DNA of 64,000 nucleotides from Candidatus Latescibacterota bacterium. GTDB taxonomy: Bacteria > Latescibacterota > CBDEFO01. Shown piece after piece: positions 1 through 9,773 of this stretch. The stretch is taken from contig OZ252149.1 of NCBI GenBank assembly GCA_965248755.1, positions 3,840,001 through 3,904,000 of the forward strand, written 5' to 3'. Position numbers and translations under genes: made by a program. Each line of letters starts with the position of its first letter. Positions within the stretch are counted from its first letter, which is position 1. Below the pieces are notes generated by a model. It saw nothing but the letters and a program-made list of their open reading frames with translations. It had not been told where the DNA came from and searched no databases.

Positions 1-112
1 GGAAATGGAAAAGATATTTGCTTCACAGACTGTTGGATAAAAGTATCTGTCGTCAAGAGCAAAGTTTCAGTGCGGCTGAGCTTCCAGTCGTCAGGAAAGA
101 TAAAAAGACTAT

Positions 113-742
113 GTGTGTGATTATCCCAAAGTGAGGAATTCTACCGTGATCTTTGACCCTGTGCGCTTCGACCAAGCAATCGCGTGTCTTGACGCCGCTA
201 ACAGCGAAGACCCCAACACGGAGGTCTTTGAGACGGTGGAGTACCCGAAAGAGCTGCTCTACTCTAGAAGAATGACCGCGTGGCTGGAAGTGCTTGGTCC
301 CGATGCCTCCGAAGCGTTGAAACTCGCCTCCCGGTGTCAGCACATCCGACGATGGACCATCCCGCGCAGTGACTACCCGATGGATCGGAGTGGTTACAAA
401 GAGTGGCGGACTAACCTTGCCAAGTTTCACGCGGAAACCGCCGGCCAGATTCTAATAGACGTTGGCTACGACGCAGAAATCGTCCGCCGTGTGCAGGTGC
501 TCCTGCGAAAGGAGAAATTGAAACTGGATCCGGAGGTTCAACTCTTGGAAGATGTCATCTGCCTCGTTTTTCTGGAAAACTATTTTGCCGATTTTGCAAA
601 GCAGCATGACGAAGGAAAGCTGATCGGTATTATCCGAAAGACCTGGAAGAAGATGTCTCCCCGAGGACATGAAGCTGCACTTGCGCTGAACCTTCCTCCG
701 GATTTGCGGGCGATCGTAGAGAAGGCGCTGGCTAAGAAATGA
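113..742 (+). CDS. DUF4202 domain-containing protein
   Basis: ORF with DAANSEDPN, ELLYSRRM, QHIRRW-IPR, QLLEDVICLVFLE and KTWKKMS motifs typical of DUF4202; true start may be slightly downstream. Confidence 0.8.
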   Translation: MCDYPKVRNSTVIFDPVRFDQAIACLDAANSEDPNTEVFETVEYPKELLYSRRMTAWLEVLGPDASEALKLASRCQHIRRWTIPRSDYPMDRSGYKEWRTNLAKFHAETAGQILIDVGYDAEIVRRVQVLLRKEKLKLDPEVQLLEDVICLVFLENYFADFAKQHDEGKLIGIIRKTWKKMSPRGHEAALALNLPPDLRAIVEKALAKK

Positions 743-1131
743 TATCGGTCACCGTAGTTGAAGAGGTTTCAAAACCGCGATCTACCGTTGTCAGGATAAT
801 ATCTTACTGGTATTTGTATTGGCTAACGGAACATATGTGACCATGTCGATACGATTCTATATGGGCCCGAGGGAAGAAGTCCTTCTTTTTCTGGGCAAAG
901 CTCGATAGTCCAGTCTCACCAGCTGGAAAGATTACCCACTTTAAGCAAGGTGGGTATTTTCTTGTTGACATACCCCACACAGAAAAAGTACCTTATACCT
1001 GACCAGGAGAGATTGTATGCGTCAGAAATCTCTTCTGCGCAGATACTTTTAACCGCCAAAGCGAAGACAGACCGAATGCAGCCACGCTGTAGTTTAAGAT
1101 TGTCAGGTTAAGATAACCTAAAGGAGGAATC

Positions 1132-2757
1132 ATGGCGAAGCGAAAGGGCTCAGATAACTTAAGGGTGTTGCCACCATTAGGGCAGGCGCCCGAATTCAGT
1201 CAACGCCAGTGGAAGGAGGGGCACGCTATCTGGTGGGGGGACTATACTACGCCGTTCTTTGAAAAGCAACCTCCGTCACCATCAGACCTAAGAAGAGCGC
1301 CAGTCTGCCAGACGGCAGCGGGGGAATATGAGCCGCTCGTACTGGGAATCTGGGGCTTGCGGGATGCCGGTATGGTTACTCTGGAGGTTGAGGAGTGCGA
1401 ATTTCCGATTGACATAATGGCAGCCGAATTCCAGGAGAGAGCAGTGCCGAAGGCTCCCATCCAGGGCAGGAGACGAATGGGCATTCCGTATTGGCTCCCG
1501 CGTCAAGCTACCACCCGCATCGAGGCCGGAAAGAACACAGTTTATTGGTTGACTGTCCGTGTGCCCCAAGGAACGCCGGCGGGTGTCTACGAGGGAAAGC
1601 TGTCGCTGCTGCTGCACGAGCGCGGCAGAGTGGATTCTCATTATGATCGGCATGAGCTGCCGCGTGTCCTGCTTCCCTTTTCCATCACAGTGTTGCCCAT
1701 TTCACTGCCGCCTGCACAGATTGCGTACGGCATGTATTTTCGTCCCCGTACATTGGACGAAAGATATCAAGAGAAAGGCCTCATGCGACACTATTATCAG
1801 GACATGGCTGCTCACGACCACACCAGTGCGACGGTATATGCGCCCGACTCAATCTGCGATGATTCCGGAGAATTGCGGCTGGAGGGGAAACGGACGACGG
1901 AAATTATCGAAGAGATGCTCGCAGGTGGACTCATTCATCCCGAGATTCCGGTGATGTTGTTAGGGGGGGTAGGAAGGCTTGACGAGGTAGCTGCCAAGAA
2001 GTTTGCAGCGTTTTTGCAGACAGAGTGCCGAAGGCGGGGTTGGCCAGAACTCCTAATATATGCCCCAGATGAGCCGTCCTATACTGGCGAGCGCGGTCCA
2101 GGTTGCATCGACGAGTTCAATCGGCTTCAGCGATTTCGGCCCGGCTGCCGCCTGGTAACGGCTATTAGCTTCGAATCTGCAAGGTATTTCTCCAAACAAC
2201 TGGACGTCTGGGTCGTCCACAACGGGGGGATCGACCAGGAACTCAAAGCGCTGGTGGGGGAGGTTGGAGCAGAGATGTGGACATACGACTGCGGGCACCG
2301 CGGCACGAATCCGACTTTCAACCGCTTCTACCCGGGGCTTTACACCTGGGCGCTGGGTCTGAAAGGAAACTTCCTATGGTGCTACACTGACTATGAACCG
2401 ATCGGCTGGGAAAAAGAGCGATGCACGCCCTTCAACTACGTCCTCCCCAGTGACACCGGTCCGGTGTCATCGGTCGGTTGGGAAACCCGCCGCGAAGGCA
2501 TCAAAGACTATCGCTATCTGTGCGCACTGGAAAAGCTCCTCTCCGAGCAATCAGGATCTCGGGCAGCCGAAGAGGCCGGGATCTGGCTGGAAAAACTGGC
2601 GAGTCGGGTCAGGTGGAACACGGACGCCGACCGACCGGAGCCTTCGGAGCGCTGGGACGAGCGCGACCTCTACAGCCAATGTCCGGAAATCGCCCCGGCC
2701 GAATTTAGTCAGATACGGGCAAAACTCATAGAGTTGATACTTTCTCTCTCCCAATAG
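1132..2757 (+). CDS. Hypothetical protein, GH123/DUF4091-like glycoside hydrolase fold
   Basis: 541 aa, AAGGAGG RBS; W-LTVRVP..PAGVYEG, YAPDEP and WE..REGIKDYRY motifs resemble DUF4091-containing proteins. Confidence 0.55.
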   Translation: MAKRKGSDNLRVLPPLGQAPEFSQRQWKEGHAIWWGDYTTPFFEKQPPSPSDLRRAPVCQTAAGEYEPLVLGIWGLRDAGMVTLEVEECEFPIDIMAAEFQERAVPKAPIQGRRRMGIPYWLPRQATTRIEAGKNTVYWLTVRVPQGTPAGVYEGKLSLLLHERGRVDSHYDRHELPRVLLPFSITVLPISLPPAQIAYGMYFRPRTLDERYQEKGLMRHYYQDMAAHDHTSATVYAPDSICDDSGELRLEGKRTTEIIEEMLAGGLIHPEIPVMLLGGVGRLDEVAAKKFAAFLQTECRRRGWPELLIYAPDEPSYTGERGPGCIDEFNRLQRFRPGCRLVTAISFESARYFSKQLDVWVVHNGGIDQELKALVGEVGAEMWTYDCGHRGTNPTFNRFYPGLYTWALGLKGNFLWCYTDYEPIGWEKERCTPFNYVLPSDTGPVSSVGWETRREGIKDYRYLCALEKLLSEQSGSRAAEEAGIWLEKLASRVRWNTDADRPEPSERWDERDLYSQCPEIAPAEFSQIRAKLIELILSLSQ

Positions 2758-2785
2758 GGGCTGAGAGTTGGAAAGGGTATGAATA

Positions 2786-3700
2786 ATGCAATATCGTGAA
2801 CTTGGCAAAGATGGTCCTGAAGTGCCGGTTATCGGCTTTGGCGCCTGGGCGGTCGCCGGTGGAATGGGACACGTGGACGGGGAAACGGCAATCGCCACTG
2901 TGCGCGCTGCTATTGACAACGGCGTCACGCTGATAGATACCGCGCAGGCGTATTACAACAGCGAAGAAATCATCGGTAAGGCCTTGAAGGGCGGCTACCG
3001 CGACCGCTGCTTTCTGGCCACAAAAGTCAGTACCAACTACTCTCGCGAGGATATTTTATCAGCGATGGAGAACAGCTTGCGCAAGTTGGACGTTGACTAC
3101 GTTGACCTGTATCAGATACACGGCTGGGATCCGACCTATCCTATCGCCGAAAGCATGGAGACTATGGCCAAGCTGGTCGAACAGGGTAAGACGCGCTACA
3201 TCGGCGTCTCCAACTTCAGCGCCGAGCAAATGCAGCAGGCGCTCCAGATTGCTCGGTTTCACTCAAACCAGCCGGGCTACAACATGTTCAACCGCCAGAT
3301 TGAAGCTGAGGTCATCTCCTATTGCCAGCGCACGGGCATAGGTATCCTCGCCCACAGCTCGCTGGCGAAAGGCTTGCTTACAGGTCGCTACAAGCCTGAT
3401 CATAAATTTCCCAAGGACGACGAACGCTCCGATCCTAACAGACGCAACTTCCAGGGTGAAACTTTCGCGCAGTATCTTGCGGTTTCCAAACGGCTCCAAG
3501 AGGTCGCTTACGATAAGGGCTTAAGCCTCGTCCAGCTTGCCATCAGTTGGCTTCTGCGTCTGCCCCCCGTCACCTGTGCTCTTGTAGGAGCGAGGAACCC
3601 AGATCAGATCGTAGAACACGTCGGGGCAGTCGGCGTGACGTTCAGCGATGATGAATTAGCGCGGATAGATACTATTCTGGAGGATGCGCCGAAGGAGTAA
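2786..3700 (+). CDS. Aldo/keto reductase
   Basis: IGFGAW, IDTAQAY, LATKV, DLYQIH and YIGVSNF motifs. Confidence 0.93.
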   Translation: MQYRELGKDGPEVPVIGFGAWAVAGGMGHVDGETAIATVRAAIDNGVTLIDTAQAYYNSEEIIGKALKGGYRDRCFLATKVSTNYSREDILSAMENSLRKLDVDYVDLYQIHGWDPTYPIAESMETMAKLVEQGKTRYIGVSNFSAEQMQQALQIARFHSNQPGYNMFNRQIEAEVISYCQRTGIGILAHSSLAKGLLTGRYKPDHKFPKDDERSDPNRRNFQGETFAQYLAVSKRLQEVAYDKGLSLVQLAISWLLRLPPVTCALVGARNPDQIVEHVGAVGVTFSDDELARIDTILEDAPKE

Positions 3701-3914
3701 CAAGGGTACGGTCGAAGTATGTACTGCTGGAGTCCCGTCGCTGTTCCGCTCATTCAAGGTCTTACTGGGACAAAGATGATAACTGGCAGGTCGCAACGCA
3801 TCGCGCAGGGGGTGACATTTTGTCGTATCAATGAGATATGGAAATTGATCGGGTACTTCAACTGGTCTGGAAAGGTGCTTCTTCTTTGTTGGTGACGATT
3901 CGGGGAGATGAATC

Positions 3915-5021
3915 TTGAGCGCAAACGAAGCTGATGTTATAATCGTTGGTGGGGGTGTGATTGGCTGCGCCATCGCCTACAATCTGTCAAAGGCGCAGGT
4001 AAAGACGCTGGTTATCGATAAGGCGGAGGTCGTTGGCAGGGAGGCGTCATGGGCAGGAGCTGGGATCCTGTCGTCTCGCGCCTACACGCGAGAACCGTAC
4101 GCCGAGCTTTGTCGGGAGAGCCTCGCGATTTTTCCGTCATTGACAGAAGCATTAAGGGAGCAAACGCGAATTGATATTGAGTTCACCCAGTCGGGGGGGA
4201 TCGCCGTATTTTTTAGCGAAGAGGATCGGCGCGAATTGTTTGGGTTGGCAAAGCGGCGTATAGATCGCGGCTTTAAGGCGGAGATGTTGACATCAGAACA
4301 AGTGCGGGAATTGGAACCTGCTGTCTCGGCAGCGGTTATTGGCGGCGTTCGTTTTCCTGATGATGCACAGGTCCGCAATCCGAAGCTGGTCAAGGCGCTT
4401 GCAGCAGGAGCGGCGCTGTTGGGAGCTAAATTTCTGTTTGGAAATCCTGTCACCGGATTTCTGAGAGAAAACGATCGTATCGTCGGCGTTGAGGTGGATG
4501 GCAAAACCATCCGGGGAGATACGATCGTCATCGCTGCTGGTTGTTGGTCGGGCAAGATTGCTGCGCTTTTGGGCTATCAGTTGCCGATCAAGCCTTCCCG
4601 TGGACAGATTGTGCTGGTCGAAGCGATGTCGCCCATCCTGGGCCATACGATTGACGGGCTTGGCTTTTACGTCGTTTCTCGATCCGATGGAAAGATCCTG
4701 ATTGGCGCGACAGTCGAATTTGCGGGATACGACAAGCGCACAACGGTGAAAGGTGTGCGGCAGATGGTAGAAGCCGGAATCGCACTGGTCCCGGAGCTTG
4801 CGAAGAAAACATTCGTTCAGACATGGGCGGGATTGCGCCCCTATGCAAAGGGCAAGCCCTATCTTGGGAAAGTCCCCGGCTTTGAGAATGTTATTGTTGC
4901 ATCAGGGCATTTCAAAAATGGCATACTCCTCGCGCCGATCACTGGCAAGCTGATCAGCGAACTGATTACGACTGGAAATCCATCGATGTCTCTGGATCCG
5001 TTTCGTCTTTCGAGAGGTTGA
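3915..5021 (+). CDS. thiO: Glycine oxidase ThiO-like FAD-dependent oxidase
   Basis: GGGVIG Rossmann motif, ASWAGAGIL, RGQ, WAGLRP, GHFKNGILLAP; TTG start. Confidence 0.78.
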   Translation: MSANEADVIIVGGGVIGCAIAYNLSKAQVKTLVIDKAEVVGREASWAGAGILSSRAYTREPYAELCRESLAIFPSLTEALREQTRIDIEFTQSGGIAVFFSEEDRRELFGLAKRRIDRGFKAEMLTSEQVRELEPAVSAAVIGGVRFPDDAQVRNPKLVKALAAGAALLGAKFLFGNPVTGFLRENDRIVGVEVDGKTIRGDTIVIAAGCWSGKIAALLGYQLPIKPSRGQIVLVEAMSPILGHTIDGLGFYVVSRSDGKILIGATVEFAGYDKRTTVKGVRQMVEAGIALVPELAKKTFVQTWAGLRPYAKGKPYLGKVPGFENVIVASGHFKNGILLAPITGKLISELITTGNPSMSLDPFRLSRG

Positions 5022-5176
5022 TACGAGATATATCTGATCTGATGCTGAGAACAGACGCACTTGTAAATCCACAACACCTGGACGCAGGCGCCTCGTTGGC
5101 TGGACTGACAGATTCAGAAGGTTACTGGTTGCTTTTGAGCAAAAAGACTGACACTGAGAGGTCGTCTTGACAGTAG

Positions 5177-6277
5177 TTACTGCTGCTGCGGGGAAGATTT
5201 GCCCTTAGACTCTGCTCGAGAGGTGGCGACATCCTCCTCGCCAAAGAGAAACGAGAGGAGCGCGAAGCGCCTACCCACCTTCACCTCTGTCACTTCGTGC
5301 AGGAGCGAGCAGGAGAACACGAGTGCTCCGCCGGCTGCCGGTCGGTAGAGGTGGGGCCCGTACTCCGGAAACCGCAGGTCCCCGCCCTCATAGCCCTCGT
5401 TCAGGTTCAAGGTCAGGGCGAAACGTCGGTGAGCGGTGGAAGGGCTCAGATTGTCTCGGTGGGCGTGGAAAAAGCCGCCCGCTGCGGCGTCATAGCAGGC
5501 GATCTTGAAGCCTTCAAAGCGTGTGGCCTTGAACGCAAAGGCTCTCTGGACTTCAGGCATCAGCCGGCTTCCGACCGTAGATGAGAGGAGTCTCAAGAGT
5601 TTCTTATCGTTTACGATGTGATCACGCCTGCGCTTGCTGTCAGGGCTGATAGTTTCCTGCCGCCGATCCTCGTATGACTGCTCGACGCCTGTCTCGATGT
5701 TGCCCTGAGTCTCCCAAACTTCACTCAGGTACTGGCAGATCTCCTGGTCGAGCACATTGGGTAGCAGGAGAACAGGAGCCTGGATCTTGATCTCCACGGC
5801 TTCGACCCGGGGCAGGGAGGCGTCGAGGATAGAGATGACCTTTTGCGCTGTGGATTCTGCATCCTGCAGGAAGAGCGACGCCAGCACCCGCAGGTTGGGA
5901 TCCAACACAAAGATGGTTGCTTTTTCGTCAAGGGCCAGACGATACGCTTTCCTCACGATTCCCTCTGTGTCCCAGAAAACTGGACAGGGGATCTCGCCCT
6001 CGCCGGAGGCCTGCCGGCTGACCTGTGGGTTGTCACACCCCTCTTCCCCCAATTGTCCGCCCCGAACCGCGAAGATAGAGACTGCGCCGGAGGCAGAGTC
6101 GTTCAGAGCCTCACAAAAGCGCAGTAGCTTGCCGAGTTCATCGTCGTCATAGAAGAGGAGTACGGCGGGCCTTCCTCCTGCCCTGGCGTAGAAACGCGTA
6201 GGCGTGCCATCTTGATAGGGGAGAACGAAATCCGAAGCTCTCTCACCTCGACCGAGTCCTGGTACAGCTCTATTCAT
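5177..6277 (-). CDS. Redoxin-like domain fused to 2OG-Fe(II) oxygenase
   Basis: N-terminal AhpC/TSA-like DFVLP...FVLDPNLRV; C-terminal HRD...H...R with EGYEGGDLRFPEY; start chosen at MNRAV. Confidence 0.8.
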   Translation of the reverse strand: MNRAVPGLGRGERASDFVLPYQDGTPTRFYARAGGRPAVLLFYDDDELGKLLRFCEALNDSASGAVSIFAVRGGQLGEEGCDNPQVSRQASGEGEIPCPVFWDTEGIVRKAYRLALDEKATIFVLDPNLRVLASLFLQDAESTAQKVISILDASLPRVEAVEIKIQAPVLLLPNVLDQEICQYLSEVWETQGNIETGVEQSYEDRRQETISPDSKRRRDHIVNDKKLLRLLSSTVGSRLMPEVQRAFAFKATRFEGFKIACYDAAAGGFFHAHRDNLSPSTAHRRFALTLNLNEGYEGGDLRFPEYGPHLYRPAAGGALVFSCSLLHEVTEVKVGRRFALLSFLFGEEDVATSRAESKGKSSPQQQ

Positions 6278-6515
6278 GTTTCTGTATCCATCGTTTAAAT
6301 GCACAGGTTGTACAGCTTGTGGGTATGGCAACGGTTCAGAGGAGCGGCTGCTTCCGTCCCTTATATTAGTGCACCGCATTCGTCACATGTCAACAGGACA
6401 GAAGCCTGTTAGACTTTATAGAGACTTTATGGAGACCCAAGGGTTGTACCATCCGAAACAGGTGTGCGGATCAGCGCGCTATATATTACGTAAAGTTACT
6501 GTTTCTTTATCCTTA

Positions 6516-7817
6516 TTACAGCCGACCTTCCTTCTGCAGGATATCCCCGGCAATGGCATAGGTGGCGCCGTGCATTGCTATTACCAGCAGGCCAAGCCCC
6601 GTCGCAAGGTACCCGCCCATATAAAGATTGGGGATGTCCACCGACTCATAGTTGTGTTGATGGGTGTGTACCTGGTGCACCTGGAAGCGGTAGTTATCGT
6701 ACTTCTCGTAGAGCTGCAGCGGCGGGAATCCCTGGAAGACGGAATAGTCGGCAATGCCGCCAATCTCCTTGATTACGTGGTCCACCTCCAGCGTGCTCTC
6801 AGCCCCGTTTGTTGCTACGGTCACCAGGCCGCCTGCGTTGCCTTGTTCGATCCTCCTAATATGGGTCTGGTAGAGGGCGTCTATCCTGGATGACCGACTC
6901 TCCAGAATCTCAGCGATCCGGGCGTAGTAGGGCAGGCCATGGCGGCTTTGGTTTATCAGCGTCCAGTGATGCTCCGGGGATTGCCGCATCACATAATAGA
7001 CGTGCTTGCCGGCATCATGCAGCTCGGTCGCCGCCCAGTCGGCCGAGCGCCCGCCGCCCACCACCAGTACGCGCTCGCCCGGGAAATCTTCTGGCATGTC
7101 GTAATATGAGGTCACAAAGTCCAGGTCTTCTCCCGGCACGTCCAGATTGCGCAAGATGCATTGCTGACCCACAGCATAGACCAGGTACTTACATGTGTAG
7201 CGGTGTGTGGTCTGGGTACCTACGTCGAGGCTCGTCAGCAGGAACCCTTTTTCGTGCGGCTGGATGCACGTAACCTTCTCGTAGGTGTGGATGTGCTCTT
7301 TCTGTTGAAAGCGCGCGGGAACCCTGTGATAATAATCGATCAGACGGCCCTTGACGATCAGTTCGTTTACATCCAGGCAGATACCTTCCTCCTGGATGTG
7401 CTGGGCCAGAGGATAGAATGCGAATTCCATCCACTGCCCCGGTGACAGTGTCAGCAGGTTTTGGGGTACGTTGTTCCAGAGTCCGCCGACCTCTTCCTGT
7501 GTGATCAACAGGTAGTCCAGCGGCTCCTGCTGCCGAAACTCCATTCCGATCTGTCCCGGCTCCTCAAAGAGCTGCCGCGGATGGTGCAGGAGGCGAAAGA
7601 GATCTGCGGGGGCTAAATTGGCTCGTACCAGCTCCTTGAAATCCAGTCCTAACAGTGTGCCCTGCACCTGGCTCAGATAGTCCGTCAGTGGTCTGTAGCT
7701 CTCGGTGAAGATGTGGCTGTTGCGATAGTAGGGGTGCAAACCACCCAAGACCACAGCTAAGGGCAGCCCGCCAGGACCCCCGCCAACGATGATCACCTGG
7801 TGATGCTCTGGACTCAT
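6516..7817 (-). CDS. FAD/NAD(P)-dependent oxidoreductase (FMO/YpdA-like; OSGIN-like)
   Basis: Two Rossmann motifs (GGGPGG, VVGGGRSA), GGLWN motif. Confidence 0.75.
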   Translation of the reverse strand: MSPEHHQVIIVGGGPGGLPLAVVLGGLHPYYRNSHIFTESYRPLTDYLSQVQGTLLGLDFKELVRANLAPADLFRLLHHPRQLFEEPGQIGMEFRQQEPLDYLLITQEEVGGLWNNVPQNLLTLSPGQWMEFAFYPLAQHIQEEGICLDVNELIVKGRLIDYYHRVPARFQQKEHIHTYEKVTCIQPHEKGFLLTSLDVGTQTTHRYTCKYLVYAVGQQCILRNLDVPGEDLDFVTSYYDMPEDFPGERVLVVGGGRSADWAATELHDAGKHVYYVMRQSPEHHWTLINQSRHGLPYYARIAEILESRSSRIDALYQTHIRRIEQGNAGGLVTVATNGAESTLEVDHVIKEIGGIADYSVFQGFPPLQLYEKYDNYRFQVHQVHTHQHNYESVDIPNLYMGGYLATGLGLLVIAMHGATYAIAGDILQKEGRL

Positions 7818-8172
7818 TCTCTGTTCAACACCCGCTGTTCATGTGTCGGCCCCTCTCCGCGCTCTGTAGTGTCCGCTGAAATACTCCGCTTAATTATAAA
7901 ACAATTGTCTTGTAAAATCAAGGGTTTATGAGTGCAATGCTAGAAAGGTCTGATGGACACCCATTTCTTCGTTTCTCCCACTTAGTGTGCACTTTGAGTA
8001 AAGTGAGTATAGTGGATAGACTTACAACGGAATTAAGTGAGTAGCCAGTGGACTTACCACTCCATATGCTATCTAGTATCGGGCACTTTTGTTTTCTATT
8101 GACTATATCTGCAATCAGGGCTATATTATCATAAGAAAGAGGAACTTACCTTTGATTCTGCGGAAGAAGTCT

Positions 8173-8883
8173 ATGGCAACTCCCTACAGACAATCTATCA
8201 AGGACTGGCCCGAGGATGAACGCCCCAGAGAGAGGCTCATAAAGTACGGAGCGTCTTCGCTTTCTGATGGCCAGATATTAGCTATTATACTCGGGAGCGG
8301 AGATTCGACATCGAATATGAGCGCGGTTGACCTCGCAAGATTCATGCTGAACACGCTCGGGAGCTTCAAGGCTATGGACACGGCGAGCGTATCTGAGCTG
8401 TGTCAAATCAAAGGCGTCGGAACAGCCAAGGCCTCCCAGATAAAGGCGGCTATAGAACTTGGGAAACGTCTCTTTGCCCATCCCGAAGAGTCGCAGATCG
8501 CCTTTATGTCGAGTGAAGACGTAATGCGCATATATCTGCCTGTGCTCAGGAACCTCAAGAAAGAGGTCTTCAAATGCGTGCTTTTAGACGCTAAGAACAA
8601 GTTTTTGAGAGATATCACGATATCCGAAGGGGGATTGACGGGCACTGCAGCGGATCCCCGTGAGATCTTTGGACCTGTTCTGAAGGAGTCGGCTGCGTCT
8701 GTCATATTTGTCCACAATCACCCCTCCGGTGACCCGACTCCCTCACCGCAGGACATCGAAGTGACGGAACGTCTGGTCAAGACTGGAGACATAATGGGCA
8801 TCAGGGTGCTGGATCATATCGTAATCGGGGATGGAAAAGCGGTGAGCTTTGTTGACAGGGGCCTTATGCCGGCCGGAGATTAA
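8173..8883 (+). CDS. radC: RadC family JAB-domain protein
   Basis: PRERL, HhH GVGTAKA, HNHPSGDPTPSPQD, VLDHIVIG. Confidence 0.93.
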   Translation: MATPYRQSIKDWPEDERPRERLIKYGASSLSDGQILAIILGSGDSTSNMSAVDLARFMLNTLGSFKAMDTASVSELCQIKGVGTAKASQIKAAIELGKRLFAHPEESQIAFMSSEDVMRIYLPVLRNLKKEVFKCVLLDAKNKFLRDITISEGGLTGTAADPREIFGPVLKESAASVIFVHNHPSGDPTPSPQDIEVTERLVKTGDIMGIRVLDHIVIGDGKAVSFVDRGLMPAGD

Positions 8884-9773
8884 GATAAGGTCAACGGAGA
8901 TGGATATCTTTGATCAAATAGAGCCAGCAAGCAGATCGGTTCCACTTGCCGACAGGATGCGCCCCAGAAGTCTGGATGAGTTTGTGGGTCAGGGGCATAT
9001 TCTGGGACCGGGCAAGCCTCTAAGAACAATAATAGAGAAGGACCATCCCTATTCCATAGTCTTCTGGGGACCTCCCGGCACGGGGAAGACCACGCTTGCA
9101 AGAATAATTGCATCCACTACGGGCGCCAGGTTTGTAGGCTTCAGCGCGGTAGTCTCAGGTATACAGGAGGCCAAAAAAGTCATAGCCCAAGCGCGTCAGG
9201 AGAGGGAGGCTTACGGTGACAGGAGAACTATCCTCTTTGTGGACGAGATTCACCGTCTAAACAAGGCACAGCAGGACGCTTTTCTGCCTCACGTCGAAGA
9301 CGGCACGATAATGCTCATCGGCGCCACCACGGAAAATCCTTCCTTCGAGATCATCTCGGCGCTTCTATCCAGAACGAGGGTCTTCGTGCTGAACCCCCTC
9401 TCTGAGGAGGAACTCAAAACTGTAGTCCGAAACGCCCTTGGGGACGGGGGAAGGGGGCTCGGGACGATGAACGTCCACATGGGTCCGAAAGCCCTCGATT
9501 GTCTGATAAGCATTGCAAACGGAGACGCAAGGAAAGCCCTCAATACGCTTGAAATTTCCACTTCATCGGTTGAACCTGGCGGAGACGGCGTGCGGCGAGT
9601 CACGTTGGAAGTGGTCGAGGAGGTGGAGCAGAGGAGGATTCCGATCTACGACAAAGGTGGGGAGGAGCACTACAACGTAATCTCCGCCTTTCACAAGAGC
9701 CTGAGAGGCAGCGATCCAGACGCGGCCTTATACTGGCTTGTCCGCATGCTCTCTGCCGGGGAAGACCCTTTAT

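Noticed and set aside
3700..3915. TPP riboswitch upstream of the thiO-like gene
   Set aside because: No CTGAGA/ACCTGA core motifs found
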